Assembly: GCF_000332155.1 (NCBI RefSeq)
Contig: NZ_KB235903.1
Location: 715,156-779,155 of the forward strand
Length of the DNA: 64,000 bases
DNA from: Kamptonema formosum PCC 6407
GTDB lineage: Bacteria; Cyanobacteriota; Cyanobacteriia; Cyanobacteriales; Microcoleaceae
Reading direction: 5' to 3'
Shown here: positions 48,219 through 58,292 of the stretch, in pieces
Layout: each line of letters opens with the position of its first letter
Position numbering within the stretch: position 1 is the stretch's first letter
The notes under the pieces: model-generated
Seen by the model: only the letters and a program-made list of their open reading frames with translations
Databases searched by the model: none
What the model was told of the DNA's origin: nothing
Position numbers and translations under genes: made by a program

Positions 48219-49307
48219 ATGCCTAAAATCTTGGTAATAGAAGATGAAGAATTAATCAGAGAAAACATTTTAGAACTGCTGGATGCTGAGGAGTTTGAAG
48301 CTCTAGGTGCAGCCAACGGAAAAATTGGTGTAGAGATGGCAGCTCAACAACAACCAGATTTGATTTTGTGCGATGTGATGATGCCAGAACTTGATGGTTA
48401 TAGCGTTTTAGCTGCTTTGCGATCGCATCCACTTACAGCCACCATTCCCTTCATCTTTCTAACAGCAAGAGCTGAAAAAGCTGACACCCGCAAAGGCATG
48501 GAGTTAGGAGCAGATGATTATATTCCCAAACCTTGTACGCCAGCAGAATTGCTAGCTGCGATCGCAACTAGGCTACAAAAGCAAGCCATAATTAACAAAC
48601 ATTCTGAAAAAAGAATGGATGATTTACGTAGAAATATCACTCGTTCTCTGCCTCACGAACTACGAACTCCCCTAAATGGAATTCTGGGTTTTACTGAAGT
48701 TCTTATATCCGAATACGACTACCTAGAACCATCAGAAATTAGGGAAATCATACAACGAATTCACTATTCTGGAAAGCGCTTAGAGCGGCTAATAGTAAAT
48801 TTTTTAATTTATACAGAGCTGGAAATATTAGCAGCTAATCCACAGCGCATCAAGACACTCCGCGACACTCTGGTGAACTCTGCTGAAGCTGTGATTGCAG
48901 AACAAGCTTGCCAACAAGCTAAACAGGCACAAAGAGAAGCTGATTTACAACTAAACCTCCAAGATTTCTCCGTACCAATGGCGGCAATATGGCTAAATAA
49001 AGCAGTAGAAGAACTTACAGGTAATGCTTTTAAATTTTCGCAGCCAGGTACGCCAGTCAGGATATCAACTGTGGTGGAGAATAATATATTTATATTATCA
49101 GCAACTAACAAGGGTCGGGGCATGACCGCCGAGCAGATTGCTCAACTAGGAGGTTATATGCAATTTGAACGTAAAATTTATGAACAGCAAGGTTCTGGTT
49201 TAGGATTGAGTATTGTTAAACATATTGCTGAATTGCATGGTGGAAAATTAAAAATAGAAAGTATTCCCAGTAAAGAAACTACAGTTTTCGTTTTTCTTCC
49301 TTTGTAG
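48219..49307 (+). CDS. Hybrid response-regulator/histidine kinase
   Basis: REC (ILVIEDEE, DLILCDVMMP, PKP), H-box PHELRTPLNGI, and GSGLGLSIVKHIAELHGG. Confidence 0.85.
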   Translation: MPKILVIEDEELIRENILELLDAEEFEALGAANGKIGVEMAAQQQPDLILCDVMMPELDGYSVLAALRSHPLTATIPFIFLTARAEKADTRKGMELGADDYIPKPCTPAELLAAIATRLQKQAIINKHSEKRMDDLRRNITRSLPHELRTPLNGILGFTEVLISEYDYLEPSEIREIIQRIHYSGKRLERLIVNFLIYTELEILAANPQRIKTLRDTLVNSAEAVIAEQACQQAKQAQREADLQLNLQDFSVPMAAIWLNKAVEELTGNAFKFSQPGTPVRISTVVENNIFILSATNKGRGMTAEQIAQLGGYMQFERKIYEQQGSGLGLSIVKHIAELHGGKLKIESIPSKETTVFVFLPL

Positions 49308-49387
49308 ATGTAAAGTTGATTGATTATTATACAAATAAAAAGCTACACTCTAAACTGTGCTAAGTAGTCGGATATAATTAAACTCCG

Positions 49388-49451
49388 GGTGGGCGCTCGC
49401 CGCAAAAAACCTGTAACTCATAGAAGAAGATGGTTGCGGCGAGCGCCCACC
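49388..49451. terminator. Perfect 18-bp GC-rich hairpin between convergent genes
   Basis: ggtgggcgctcgccgcaa (49388-49405) pairs with ttgcggcgagcgcccacc (49434-49451) across a 28-nt loop. It abuts the stop codon of the minus-strand gene at 49452. Confidence 0.5.
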
Positions 49452-50639
49452 TTACAATTTATTGCCAAGGTACTCAACCTTCCAAGATATTTGACGACCT
49501 GAACGACCTGAACGAACAAAACGAAATCCTTCGTATTCAAAGCTGACTGAGTTTTTAGTAATGAACGAAGTAGATACACCAAGCAACTGAGCAATTTGGT
49601 TAGTTGTTAATTCTGATCGTTGAGATGCTGCTTTTTTCAGAGGCTCTAGATGTTCTGGTGGACGATTAACTTCCAGTAAAGTAGATTGAAATTGACTATC
49701 TGAGGAGGATAGGGATTCACAACTGGTACTAGATGAAGCCCGAATTTTAGAGAAGGATTGAGTAAAAGATAAAGCAATTCCAAGATTGGAAACAATCAAA
49801 TAGGCGATAAAACTTGGGGAGGAAAAAGCAACTCGCCCGTATCTTACGATAGGGATCTCGCGATTATTATTGAAACGTCGGTCTGGTTCACCATCACGGC
49901 GAACATATTTCCAAGTTTTCCCAATAACTGTTGCATCACTTGGAAGCGACTCTTGCTCTACATATTCCAAATCTTGCAAGGATACCTGTACTTCATTGTA
50001 AGAAATTGCACTATAAACACCATCTTGAAATACAAAAAAGCGATCGGGAAGTAGATACAGTTTAATGCTTCCTGCATCAACACCCCAAACATCAACGTTA
50101 GTTTTGAGAAGATTGGGATTTTGCTTCCCAATTTTTGCTCGCTGTCGTATGAGTGCTGAGTTAGAGCCAGCATTTCTCTTCCAATCACCGACGGCGACTT
50201 GTGATTTCAATCGCCATGAGCTTTTTGTTGCAGATAGATTGGAAAAAGACGCAATACCGTCATAAAATTTCTTCTCTGAATAGTCATCAGAAAACTCATA
50301 AAAAAGTGGCGTTGTCTTGCGTTTAACATCTGCCTTGTAGACTACATAAGTAACAACTGCTAAAATGATAGATAATGGAACGAAAACAAACAGTAGAATT
50401 AATGTGGCAATTCCACAGTAGATAGAATAGTACGGACTTTTAACTCTTTTGTTAATTTGATCAATAATTTCTGCTGCTGACCTATCTAAAATTACTTCCT
50501 CGTAATCTTCTGAATCTTCATGTGTAGAGCCATAAGCTCTTTCAGGAGCTTGATAAGTCTTCTGTTGATATGTAGTACCTTTTTTACCAACTTTAATTAC
50601 AGTATCTGGAACCTGCTGCTTTTTTTTAGATGAAGTCAT
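49452..50639 (-). CDS. Unknown membrane-anchored protein with C-terminal HTH-like segment
   Basis: TM segment YCGIATLILLFVFVPLSIILAVVTYVVY. The central domain is unrecognised. C-terminal LTTNQIAQLLGVSTSFI looks like an excisionase/MerR-type HTH. Confidence 0.5.
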   Translation of the reverse strand: MTSSKKKQQVPDTVIKVGKKGTTYQQKTYQAPERAYGSTHEDSEDYEEVILDRSAAEIIDQINKRVKSPYYSIYCGIATLILLFVFVPLSIILAVVTYVVYKADVKRKTTPLFYEFSDDYSEKKFYDGIASFSNLSATKSSWRLKSQVAVGDWKRNAGSNSALIRQRAKIGKQNPNLLKTNVDVWGVDAGSIKLYLLPDRFFVFQDGVYSAISYNEVQVSLQDLEYVEQESLPSDATVIGKTWKYVRRDGEPDRRFNNNREIPIVRYGRVAFSSPSFIAYLIVSNLGIALSFTQSFSKIRASSSTSCESLSSSDSQFQSTLLEVNRPPEHLEPLKKAASQRSELTTNQIAQLLGVSTSFITKNSVSFEYEGFRFVRSGRSGRQISWKVEYLGNKL

Positions 50640-50649
50640 TGTAATATAG

Positions 50650-51369
50650 TTAGTCCTTATGGGTTGGAATTGATTTATTCAAATGAGTGAAGTAGTGTTG
50701 GCTTCCTAGAACAATACCTAACGACAACATTACGATGAATATGAAACCAACAATCATGAACTTGGATTTTGAAAAGTTGTCAGCTTTGCGTGACTTTTCT
50801 GTAGACTTAGGTATGAAGTTACTAGGTGATAAAACTTTGTAAAGACGACTTGAAAATAAATGCAATTCATCCTGAGAAGTTAGTTTATAAATTCTATTAG
50901 ATTCTAAAATTTTTGAATTTTTAACAGCTTCGATCAATTTAGGATCGGGGGAACTTGGACGAAAATTGTCCCACTGATATTCACAGCTCTCATAGAATAA
51001 TTGAAATTCCGCAACTTTGAAAAATCTAGCTTCGTCTTTGTCGGCAATTACAAGATACTCAGCTTCATTTATACGTCCTTTTTTGAATAATCGATTAATG
51101 TAATAAATCGCCTGGGCAATAACCTTTGCTGCAACCTCTATATCGCCAAGTTTGACTGAATACTTGAATTCAAATAGAACCTTATTGACCACTAAATCAT
51201 GTCTTTCCTGAGTCTTAACTGGTAGAGAAAACTCTCTGATATAAGCAGCCTTAACTTCTTCTTCATTGGTTGCACTCTGTAGAGCCTCAATAAAACTAAA
51301 CTCCTGAGCTTCTGACCAGAGCTTTCCTTGTTGATTTGTTCGCTTTGCTTGCTCTTCCCACGCCCCCAT
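50650..51369 (-). CDS. Unknown protein with possible PD-(D/E)xK motif and C-terminal TM anchor
   Basis: RHDLVVNKVLFEFKYS fits a D-x9-ExK arrangement. C-terminal TM segment FMIVGFIFIVMLSLGIVLG. It lies 10 nt upstream of the next gene. Confidence 0.5.
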   Translation of the reverse strand: MGAWEEQAKRTNQQGKLWSEAQEFSFIEALQSATNEEEVKAAYIREFSLPVKTQERHDLVVNKVLFEFKYSVKLGDIEVAAKVIAQAIYYINRLFKKGRINEAEYLVIADKDEARFFKVAEFQLFYESCEYQWDNFRPSSPDPKLIEAVKNSKILESNRIYKLTSQDELHLFSSRLYKVLSPSNFIPKSTEKSRKADNFSKSKFMIVGFIFIVMLSLGIVLGSQHYFTHLNKSIPTHKD

Positions 51370-51686
51370 AAAGAAAATTCCTAGCTGTAAAGCTTTATCA
51401 ATGGTGACACTATCCTAACTTACCGCACCCATACCCTCAAGTTCAACGTGCCAACTGAGGGTGAAAAAACTTAACTATTAATTTAATTGTGCCGCATACT
51501 CAGCAAGCAATCAAGGAATTATCGAAAATTCATTTCCCTTATCCTGTAGTTAGGCCTGATCTTAAAGAGAAGGCTACCGCGCCCTTGGCTGTTCCCCTAC
51601 AACTCAAAACTCCTTCCCTTTACCATCTTGACTACTCTAGGGCTAGCGTGGACTAGACTGGGTATGTTGATTTTGGTTAAAATATC

Positions 51687-51983
51687 ATGAACTCTTCATC
51701 TAAAGGCCGCCTAGTTTGGAACCATTCCACCCACATCCCCGGTTTAATCCCCATCCTAGAGCGCCTCACCTATCTAAACGGCATTCAAACAGTCACTCCA
51801 GCCGTCATCGGCCATGTTAGAGGCCATATTCCCCGCTTAACATTAAGAGTATCAGTACCCATTCGCGGCGGATTTAAACTAATCGCCAGACAGGGTAAAA
51901 CTGTACAAGAGGTATTTATATTAACAACTCTGAGTCAAGGCGACTTAGAAAGTGCGATCGCGCAAGCCTTACTCAAGGGGTGA
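51687..51983 (+). CDS. Conserved cyanobacterial hypothetical protein (possibly DUF2103-like)
   Basis: 98-aa ORF: GRLVWNHSTHIPGL...GGFKLIARQGKTVQEVFILT. Family name recalled with low certainty. Confidence 0.45.
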   Translation: MNSSSKGRLVWNHSTHIPGLIPILERLTYLNGIQTVTPAVIGHVRGHIPRLTLRVSVPIRGGFKLIARQGKTVQEVFILTTLSQGDLESAIAQALLKG

Positions 51984-52049
51984 AAAAGTTAAAAATTTTC
52001 AACTAATCCTTCCCACATATCAGTTTTCAATTGATTACGTACTGCTCTT

Positions 52050-52125
52050 GATTAGCAATCAGCAATTAGCCATTAGCCATTAGCAATTAGCTATTAGCCA
52101 TTAGCAATTGTTGATTAGCTAACAT
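52050..52125. repeat. AATTAGC-type heptamer repeat that runs into the 3' end of cpcF
   Basis: gattagcaatcagcaattagccattagccattagcaattagctattagccattagcaattgttgattagctaacat. The last 12 codons of cpcF (MLANQQLLMANS) are encoded by it. Confidence 0.7.
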
Positions 52126-52716
52126 TGCACGAGCCCGAACTGCCAAAATTTCATCTGTCTTGATTATTTCCTCAAGCCGAGCTAAAACCTCAGCTAACCA
52201 ATTAGCCTGCACTGTCGCCGCAGCCAAAGCTTGCAATCCTCCCACTGCTGCATAGCGAACCACCCACTCCGGGTCTTGAGACGCTTGTAGCAGGGTTTTG
52301 CAAGCTATTAATTGAGCTTCTGCAACCCTTTCTGGTGGCAATTGTTGCCAGCAAATCGTCCCTAAACCCTTAGTGGCGGCGCGACGCACGCTAAGAGCAA
52401 AATCATTAATGGCTGCATCTACTAAAACCTCTAAACCGCGTGGATCTCCAACTCCCGCTAAGGCGCGAATTGCCCAAGCTCTAGCACCGTAATTATAGCC
52501 GTCAAGCTGTTCTAGTAAGGGCAGTACGGCGGGTTCTCCCACTTGAATTAGACCTTCAACGGCTGCAACTGCGGCACCGGGGTTGTTATAGCCGAGAACT
52601 GTAATTAAAGTGGGAATTGCGCTCTCTGAACCAGTTGCAGCTAAAGCTTTAACTGCATTTAATAAGCTATCGGCTGAATCTGCTTTTTCAACTTCACGAA
52701 TTAGTTCTATTACCAT
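52087..52716 (-). CDS. cpcF: Phycocyanin alpha-subunit phycocyanobilin lyase, CpcF subunit
   Basis: HEAT-like repeats (ARAWAIRALAGVGDPRGLEVL, VRYAAVGGLQ). Position after cpcE. Confidence 0.85.
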   Translation of the reverse strand: MVIELIREVEKADSADSLLNAVKALAATGSESAIPTLITVLGYNNPGAAVAAVEGLIQVGEPAVLPLLEQLDGYNYGARAWAIRALAGVGDPRGLEVLVDAAINDFALSVRRAATKGLGTICWQQLPPERVAEAQLIACKTLLQASQDPEWVVRYAAVGGLQALAAATVQANWLAEVLARLEEIIKTDEILAVRARAMLANQQLLMANS

Positions 52717-52868
52717 TTATTTATGTTAAGACTTACTTACTCACTACTATTTTCTGTCATTACGACCCAAGGGAACTAATCTAAGGGTAGGAAGCCAGCC
52801 CGAAGCAATTGCTACTCTCGATTTTTCGTTGCTGTTACTAAGTCCTGTAAACATTAAGAGAGAGAACT

Positions 52869-53699
52869 TTAGAGCAAACTATCCATCAGGGTCATTACTT
52901 GGACAGATTCATCAGATAAATAGAGGGATGGTGTTTGGTTCAGGTGGTGTTCTAATATTCCTTTAAGAGCAATCAGTTTAAGGCTATTTTCTGCTAAAGT
53001 TTCTGCGATCGCCACAGCTCCGGGCAAATAACCGATCGCTCCTAAATCCATTAAAGCCGATCGCCGCAATTGCAAATCACCGCCCTCTAAAGCTTGAACT
53101 AGGCGATCGCCATAAACTGCTTGACCTGTTAACTGGTACATTGCTCGCGCAGCAGCGTATTGTACCCGTTCTACAGGATGGTCTAGAAATGGGGCAATTA
53201 AGTCTGTTGCCGATCGAGCTTGGAGGGTTCCTAATGCTTCAATCACGGCATCATAAGGCTGTACTAAGTGAGGTTTTCCTGGTACTCGCACCGCAGCGGC
53301 CAAACCCCCTTCTAGCAATTTTACCAGTGCCGGAATGACCGTGCGATCGCCTAGCATTTCTAATGCCTGTACCGCCGCTTCCCGCACGTAATAGTCGGAG
53401 CATTCTAAACATTTAATCAGCGTCGGTATCGCTTGTTTATCTTCCAGTTTCCCCAATGCCCGCGCTGCATTGCGTTGTAGGGAATAGTCCCCCGCTAGAG
53501 TCAGTTCTGACTCTTCTTCCAAAGCGGCAATTAAACCTGCAATTGCCTCTGGTTCCTTAACTCGAAACCGACCAATCCACCAGGCGGCATAATAGCGAAG
53601 GCTATAATCTTGGTGGCTCAAATTCGCGATCGCCACATCCACCGTTAAAGACTCGGCCCCACTCATCTCCGGTGGCAAACCTGCTTCTGAATACTCCAT
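52869..53699 (-). CDS. cpcE: Phycocyanin alpha-subunit phycocyanobilin lyase, CpcE subunit
   Basis: LRYYAAWWIGRFRV, YYVREAAVQALEMLGD (HEAT repeats). Confidence 0.9.
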   Translation of the reverse strand: MEYSEAGLPPEMSGAESLTVDVAIANLSHQDYSLRYYAAWWIGRFRVKEPEAIAGLIAALEEESELTLAGDYSLQRNAARALGKLEDKQAIPTLIKCLECSDYYVREAAVQALEMLGDRTVIPALVKLLEGGLAAAVRVPGKPHLVQPYDAVIEALGTLQARSATDLIAPFLDHPVERVQYAAARAMYQLTGQAVYGDRLVQALEGGDLQLRRSALMDLGAIGYLPGAVAIAETLAENSLKLIALKGILEHHLNQTPSLYLSDESVQVMTLMDSLL

Positions 53700-53888
53700 A
53701 ATTCTTTATCTAGCAATCACCAAGAGGGTGAGAAAATTTTTAATTACTAAAACCATTAATTTAGATCGCCTTTTCTTTCAGACTTCTGCTATAAATGGTT
53801 AATTGCTAACAACTAATTCCCAAATGCTAATTTACATAACTAGCAATCAGTAATTAGCTATTAGCAATTAGTTATTAGCTATTAGCTA

Positions 53889-54143
53889 TTAGTTCTGCTC
53901 GGCTTCGACCGCACCATTTGTCAATGGTTGAATGCTAACAATTGTTCCACCTAAGCGAGCAATCCGTTCCATTTCCTGATTCATCCGGCTGTAAGGCACG
54001 ACGATTAATGTACTGCCAGAGCGAATCTGATAGTCATTGTGAGCCGTGTTTTCATTTTGGCGCAAGCCAGTCACTTCATAGCGAAAGCAGCGAGTGCTAG
54101 ACGAGGAAGTGCTTGGTTTTCCAGCTACGTTTTGACTCAACAT
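53889..54143 (-). CDS. cpcD: Phycobilisome small rod-capping linker CpcD
   Basis: The CpcD domain is RCFRYEVTGLRQN...IVVPYSRMNQEMERIARLGGTIVSIQPL. The ATG at 54143 is preferred. Confidence 0.85.
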   Translation of the reverse strand: MLSQNVAGKPSTSSSSTRCFRYEVTGLRQNENTAHNDYQIRSGSTLIVVPYSRMNQEMERIARLGGTIVSIQPLTNGAVEAEQN

Positions 54144-54226
54144 TGTGCTTTTCACTTCCAACTTTTGAAGATTTATCAACCAAATTGCCAATGCTTAACA
54201 GTTAACATTTAACAGTTAACTGTTAA

Positions 54227-55096
54227 CTAAATAGCAGTAACGCTGGCAATTCTGCCACCCAGGCGATGAATTTTCTGCATTTCATTGAGTAGTGCTTCGC
54301 CAGGTATGACGAAAGCCCTGCTGCTGCGGCGCACACTGGGATATCCGCCAACACGAATACCTGCCACTTCAAGGCGGTACAAACGACCTTCTTTGCCGTA
54401 AGCTGCTGCGCCACCTAAACCAGTGCTAGGAGTAACGTTGGCACTAGAAGGACGATAAGCCCAGCCGTCGTTGCCGCCAGAGGGCCCAATAATCGCACTC
54501 ACCGTGTTGGAACCAAGTTCTCCAGCTAGGCGAGAGGAGTTACCTTCTAATTGAGCGCGATCGCTATTAGCATAGCCCCGGTATAAGCGGAATATGCGGG
54601 TAAACCCAACAGATCTTTGTCCTCGTTGAAAGACAAAGGCTCGGCAGTAAGGCACAATATCTTCACCGAAGTTTTCTTGATACTCTACAGAGTCAATGTA
54701 GGAATCAATATCAGCATCGTAACCTTGAGATTGGTACAAATTCAAATGATGGATCACTTCCGACTCATCGTAGGGAGCGCGACCTAGCAAATGTTTGTAG
54801 TTAAGTTCAATCAACCGGGTTTGGAAACTGTTGTAGAAAAACTTGGTTTTGTACAGTTCCGATTTCGCCACAGCCCGGACAAATTCCCGTACTGTCAAGC
54901 TACCATCAGACAGCAAAGACTCAGCACCGACTAGACGCTCTGATTTCATTACGTAGTCGTTACCCAATAGCTGACGATAAACAGCCTTAATCACAACTTG
55001 TGCGTCTTCTTTAGTCCAATTTTGACGCAATTCAAGCTTGGGTGCATCGCTATAAGCTGATGTTCCTAGTCTTGATGCTTGAGCGGTAATAGGCAC
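54227..55096 (-). CDS. cpcC: Phycobilisome rod linker polypeptide CpcC
   Basis: PBS-linker domain ([12 protein letters not shown]...[12 protein letters not shown]...[15 protein letters not shown]) plus a C-terminal CpcD domain. GTG start after aggagga. Confidence 0.9.
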   Translation of the reverse strand: MPITAQASRLGTSAYSDAPKLELRQNWTKEDAQVVIKAVYRQLLGNDYVMKSERLVGAESLLSDGSLTVREFVRAVAKSELYKTKFFYNSFQTRLIELNYKHLLGRAPYDESEVIHHLNLYQSQGYDADIDSYIDSVEYQENFGEDIVPYCRAFVFQRGQRSVGFTRIFRLYRGYANSDRAQLEGNSSRLAGELGSNTVSAIIGPSGGNDGWAYRPSSANVTPSTGLGGAAAYGKEGRLYRLEVAGIRVGGYPSVRRSSRAFVIPGEALLNEMQKIHRLGGRIASVTAI

Positions 55097-55556
55097 GTCA
55101 AATCCTCCTGTGATTCACAATATCGTTCTTCGATTTGGGATTTTAGATTTTAGATTTTGGATTTATCCCTAATACACAAATAGAGAGATTAAAAATTTCA
55201 GAAAAAGCAAACTTTTCCCTTGCTAAAGCTAGGGGCTTGTTCCCAAAAAATCATCCAAAATTAAAAATCTAAAATCTTACAGCCAGTTGTTGGTCGTTAA
55301 CTTTTAACTGTTGGCGGCAAAACAGTTAATGGGCAACTGATAAAGAACTGTGTCCCTGATTTAGCTAGGGAAATGCTTATGATACTGCCGCATACAGTCA
55401 ATTTTTTATCGGTTTGCTCTTAATTAACTTCCAACCAGAAAACTTGTTTATTGCTCTTTGCAGCATCTACTGAAAACCGAAGATGCCCGGGAATGTAAAC
55501 AACCGCTAACCTATTTGCTAACAGCAGCTTACCTTTCCGGGCATCACGAGCGCGAT

Positions 55557-56045
55557 CTAGCTCAGGGCGTTGATTGCGTAGTCGATGTAGGAGTTAGCTT
55601 CAGAGGCAGCGTCGCCACTTAAACCGTGATTAGCTTTGATGTACTTGAGGGCTTCAACGTACCAGCTAGGAGACAACTCGAATGTGCGGTTGATTTCGTC
55701 GAGTCCTGCAATCAGGTACTCGTCGATGGGGCCGGTACCACCAGCAACCAAGCAGTAAGTGATCTGGCGCAGGTAGTAACCGATGTCGCGGGCGCACTTG
55801 GCTTTACCACGAGCATCAGAGGCGTAGTTATTCCCTTGCATTTGAGTGGTGTAGGGGAATTTGTTGTACACTGCTTGAGCTGCACCATCGGTCAAGCGCT
55901 GAGCGTTAGCGCTCAAGGATTTGGCGGCTTCTAAGCCAGAGGTGGCTTGGCGGAAGCGACCGAAAGCTACTTGGAGTTCGGTGCTGCTCAGGAAGCGGCC
56001 TTGAGAATCGGCGGCTGTCACTGCTTCAGTCAAAGGGGTTTTCAT
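55557..56045 (-). CDS. cpcA: C-phycocyanin alpha subunit
   Basis: MKTPLTEAV...[11 protein letters not shown]...[13 protein letters not shown]. Confidence 0.97.
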   Translation of the reverse strand: MKTPLTEAVTAADSQGRFLSSTELQVAFGRFRQATSGLEAAKSLSANAQRLTDGAAQAVYNKFPYTTQMQGNNYASDARGKAKCARDIGYYLRQITYCLVAGGTGPIDEYLIAGLDEINRTFELSPSWYVEALKYIKANHGLSGDAASEANSYIDYAINALS

Positions 56046-56147
56046 TGTTGAGGTATCTCCCTAGTGTTTTGCTTTGGTGTTCGTAACAAGTTTGTTTTGT
56101 GCAGATGCGATCGCTCGCGTCTTACAGAATATGACCGACAGGGCTTT

Positions 56148-56669
56148 TTAGCCTACAGCAGAGGCAGCACGGTCGAAGTAGCCACCGATTTCAGAAACCA
56201 AGGAGCTGCAATCACCACGAGTGATGCCATTGGTATCGTTAACGATCGCGATCGCTGCTTCCTTCATTTTTTGGACACCGGCTGCAACAGAACCACCGGG
56301 AACTCCCAGAGCTTGGTAAGTTTCGCGGAGACCATTCAAGCAGCGATCGTCTAAAATGCTGGCATCGCCTGCGAAAGTTGCGTAGGTGACATAACGCAAG
56401 ATGATTTCCATGTCGCGTAAGCAAGCTGCCATACGACGGTGGGTGTAAGCATTACCGCCAGGAGCGATCAATTGGGGCTGTTCGGCGAACAAAGAACGAG
56501 CTGCGTTAGCAACGATGCTGGAAGCGTTGCCGGTAATCCGGTTAACTGCATCAATGCGCTTGTTGCCATCTGCAACCATGCTGCTCAGGGCATCCAATTG
56601 ACTGTTGGCGAGGAATTCGCCGCGAGCGTCAGCTTGGGAAACCACTTTGGTGAATGCGTCAAAACTCAT
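56148..56669 (-). CDS. cpcB: C-phycocyanin beta subunit
   Basis: [17 protein letters not shown]...[18 protein letters not shown]...GDCS. Confidence 0.97.
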   Translation of the reverse strand: MSFDAFTKVVSQADARGEFLANSQLDALSSMVADGNKRIDAVNRITGNASSIVANAARSLFAEQPQLIAPGGNAYTHRRMAACLRDMEIILRYVTYATFAGDASILDDRCLNGLRETYQALGVPGGSVAAGVQKMKEAAIAIVNDTNGITRGDCSSLVSEIGGYFDRAASAVG

Positions 56670-58292
56670 GAACGAACTCTCCTACTTTTGGACTTAATTA
56701 CGATACAAAACTGTTCAGTTAAAATCGATTCAGGCTGCTAGAGAGCCTGGAAAGGTTGAATACAGACCCCAGCTACTAGGCTGGCAGGCTTGGTTTCTGT
56801 CTTTGCCTCTGCTCTGGCTTTTTCCTGCCTGGCAACGGGCTCTTAAGAAACCTTAGAGAATTTTACACCGTTTATGAGAGGTAACAAACCTTGTCAATCA
56901 GTGTTTTTATTAACTGTTCGCCTGTTGTCTTAACCCTTCAGATAATCTTTATACAATGATGTCGAGCGTTTGTTTATTACAAATTATTACGGAATTTAAT
57001 CTTTTTTCATAGATTAAAAGTGGTAGGACTTAGCTCTAAAATTTACTCCTTTTGATAGATGCGCTTGCAGAGCTTCAACAGTCTAGGAGCTTCAGCTCTA
57101 CCTTAAGTGGGCAGAGTAGGGATTGGGCAGGAAAGACCTAAAGCGCGATCGCCCTTGGGCGATGCCCCTTACTCCCCGTTTTGTTAAGTAATGTAAACTA
57201 AATTAAAATTTAGTATGTAAGAAGCGGTGAAAGGGACTACTACGAAATATTTGAATATTGTCGTAGTGACTTGAGCGGCTCCCGATGTTTTAGTTAGGAA
57301 GTTGAGCGGCTACTAGGACTTAAAAATACCATCCGAACCATGACTATAGTCTAGCACCAGATACGCGACCCAAACATTCTGTGACTATTTCCTCCCTTGC
57401 ATTGCTAAATATTAGTGAAAGCTACTTTCTAAGCTTTCCCTAACCATCCGCTCTCTTGCTCTAGTAATAAGTACCGATGAATGCTACTTTCTAACCAACG
57501 AGCGGGAGGTTGTACCCAATCCTAGTTAACTGTTATAGTGGGTATCATTCCGCGATTTATCGTAGTAATTTTCACAAATAATAGCCCGCTCGCCCTAATC
57601 ATACCAAATAGTTCTGCCCCTAGAATTCTCTCGCAGTTTTAACGACAATCTCTCAAGCAACCAACATTTAGATAGCATTTATATTCATCAAAAGTAGCAT
57701 TTACAAGGTAAAAAAGCCGATCTCGTACCCATGTGTACGTGAGTGTAAAGGATAACATTCTTGGTAGTGCTGTTTGACAAGTCTCGCTTTTTGTTTTACT
57801 GTCACCGCTCGATTTCATACATATAATTACACCTTAACTAATGTTATAAATACAGCGAATCAAGTCGCTATTACCACATATTTCATGAGAAAAAGAGTGA
57901 ATCAAGTTGCGCCTCGAATATATTTTAATTCTAATGATCCTAGTAGCGATTGGAGTCGTTTTTGCGTACACTAATCACGACCCGAAATTCCAATTTCTTT
58001 ACTTTAGTTTACAAAAGTGCCACGATTAGGGAAGATTACAAGTCAAAGGTCAAGACTCCCGCCAGTAGTCAAGCTGCGGTGTAAGAGTTAAAATCCTTGG
58101 ACTCAAAGGATTGACCACAACTACTTGGGTAAAACCCCAAAAAATTGCTAATTTTTATGTAGTGGTGGGTCAAAGTTATTCAGCCGGAGGAAAGTAAGCG
58201 GACACACAGAGAGAAATACGCAATTTTTCTTCTCCCTCCTGCTTCCTTTTTTCTCCCACAACAAACCCCACAAGCCCAATGCCTTAAGCCCA

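Noticed and set aside
54223-54414. 63-aa minus-strand ORF overlapping the 3' part of cpcC
   Set aside because: It is an alternative frame of cpcC. The CpcC frame carries the conserved CpcD-like domain there.
55626-56741. Plus-strand ORFs (55626-55934, 56064-56354, 56439-56741) and a minus-strand ORF (56239-56424) overlapping cpcA and cpcB
   Set aside because: These are antisense or alternative frames of highly expressed, unmistakable phycocyanin genes. Their composition is a mirror-codon artefact.
57774-57974. 66-aa ORF in the cpcB/ATPase spacer
   Set aside because: There is no RBS or recognisable motif, the peptide is low-complexity, and the context is AT-rich. It is probably a chance ORF.
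58000-58292. Possible metal-sensing riboswitch upstream of the P-type ATPase
   Set aside because: I could not recognise the conserved core of any riboswitch class I know (Mn2+ yybP-ykoY, Mg2+ M-box). Only generic hairpins are present, and an Infernal scan would be needed.
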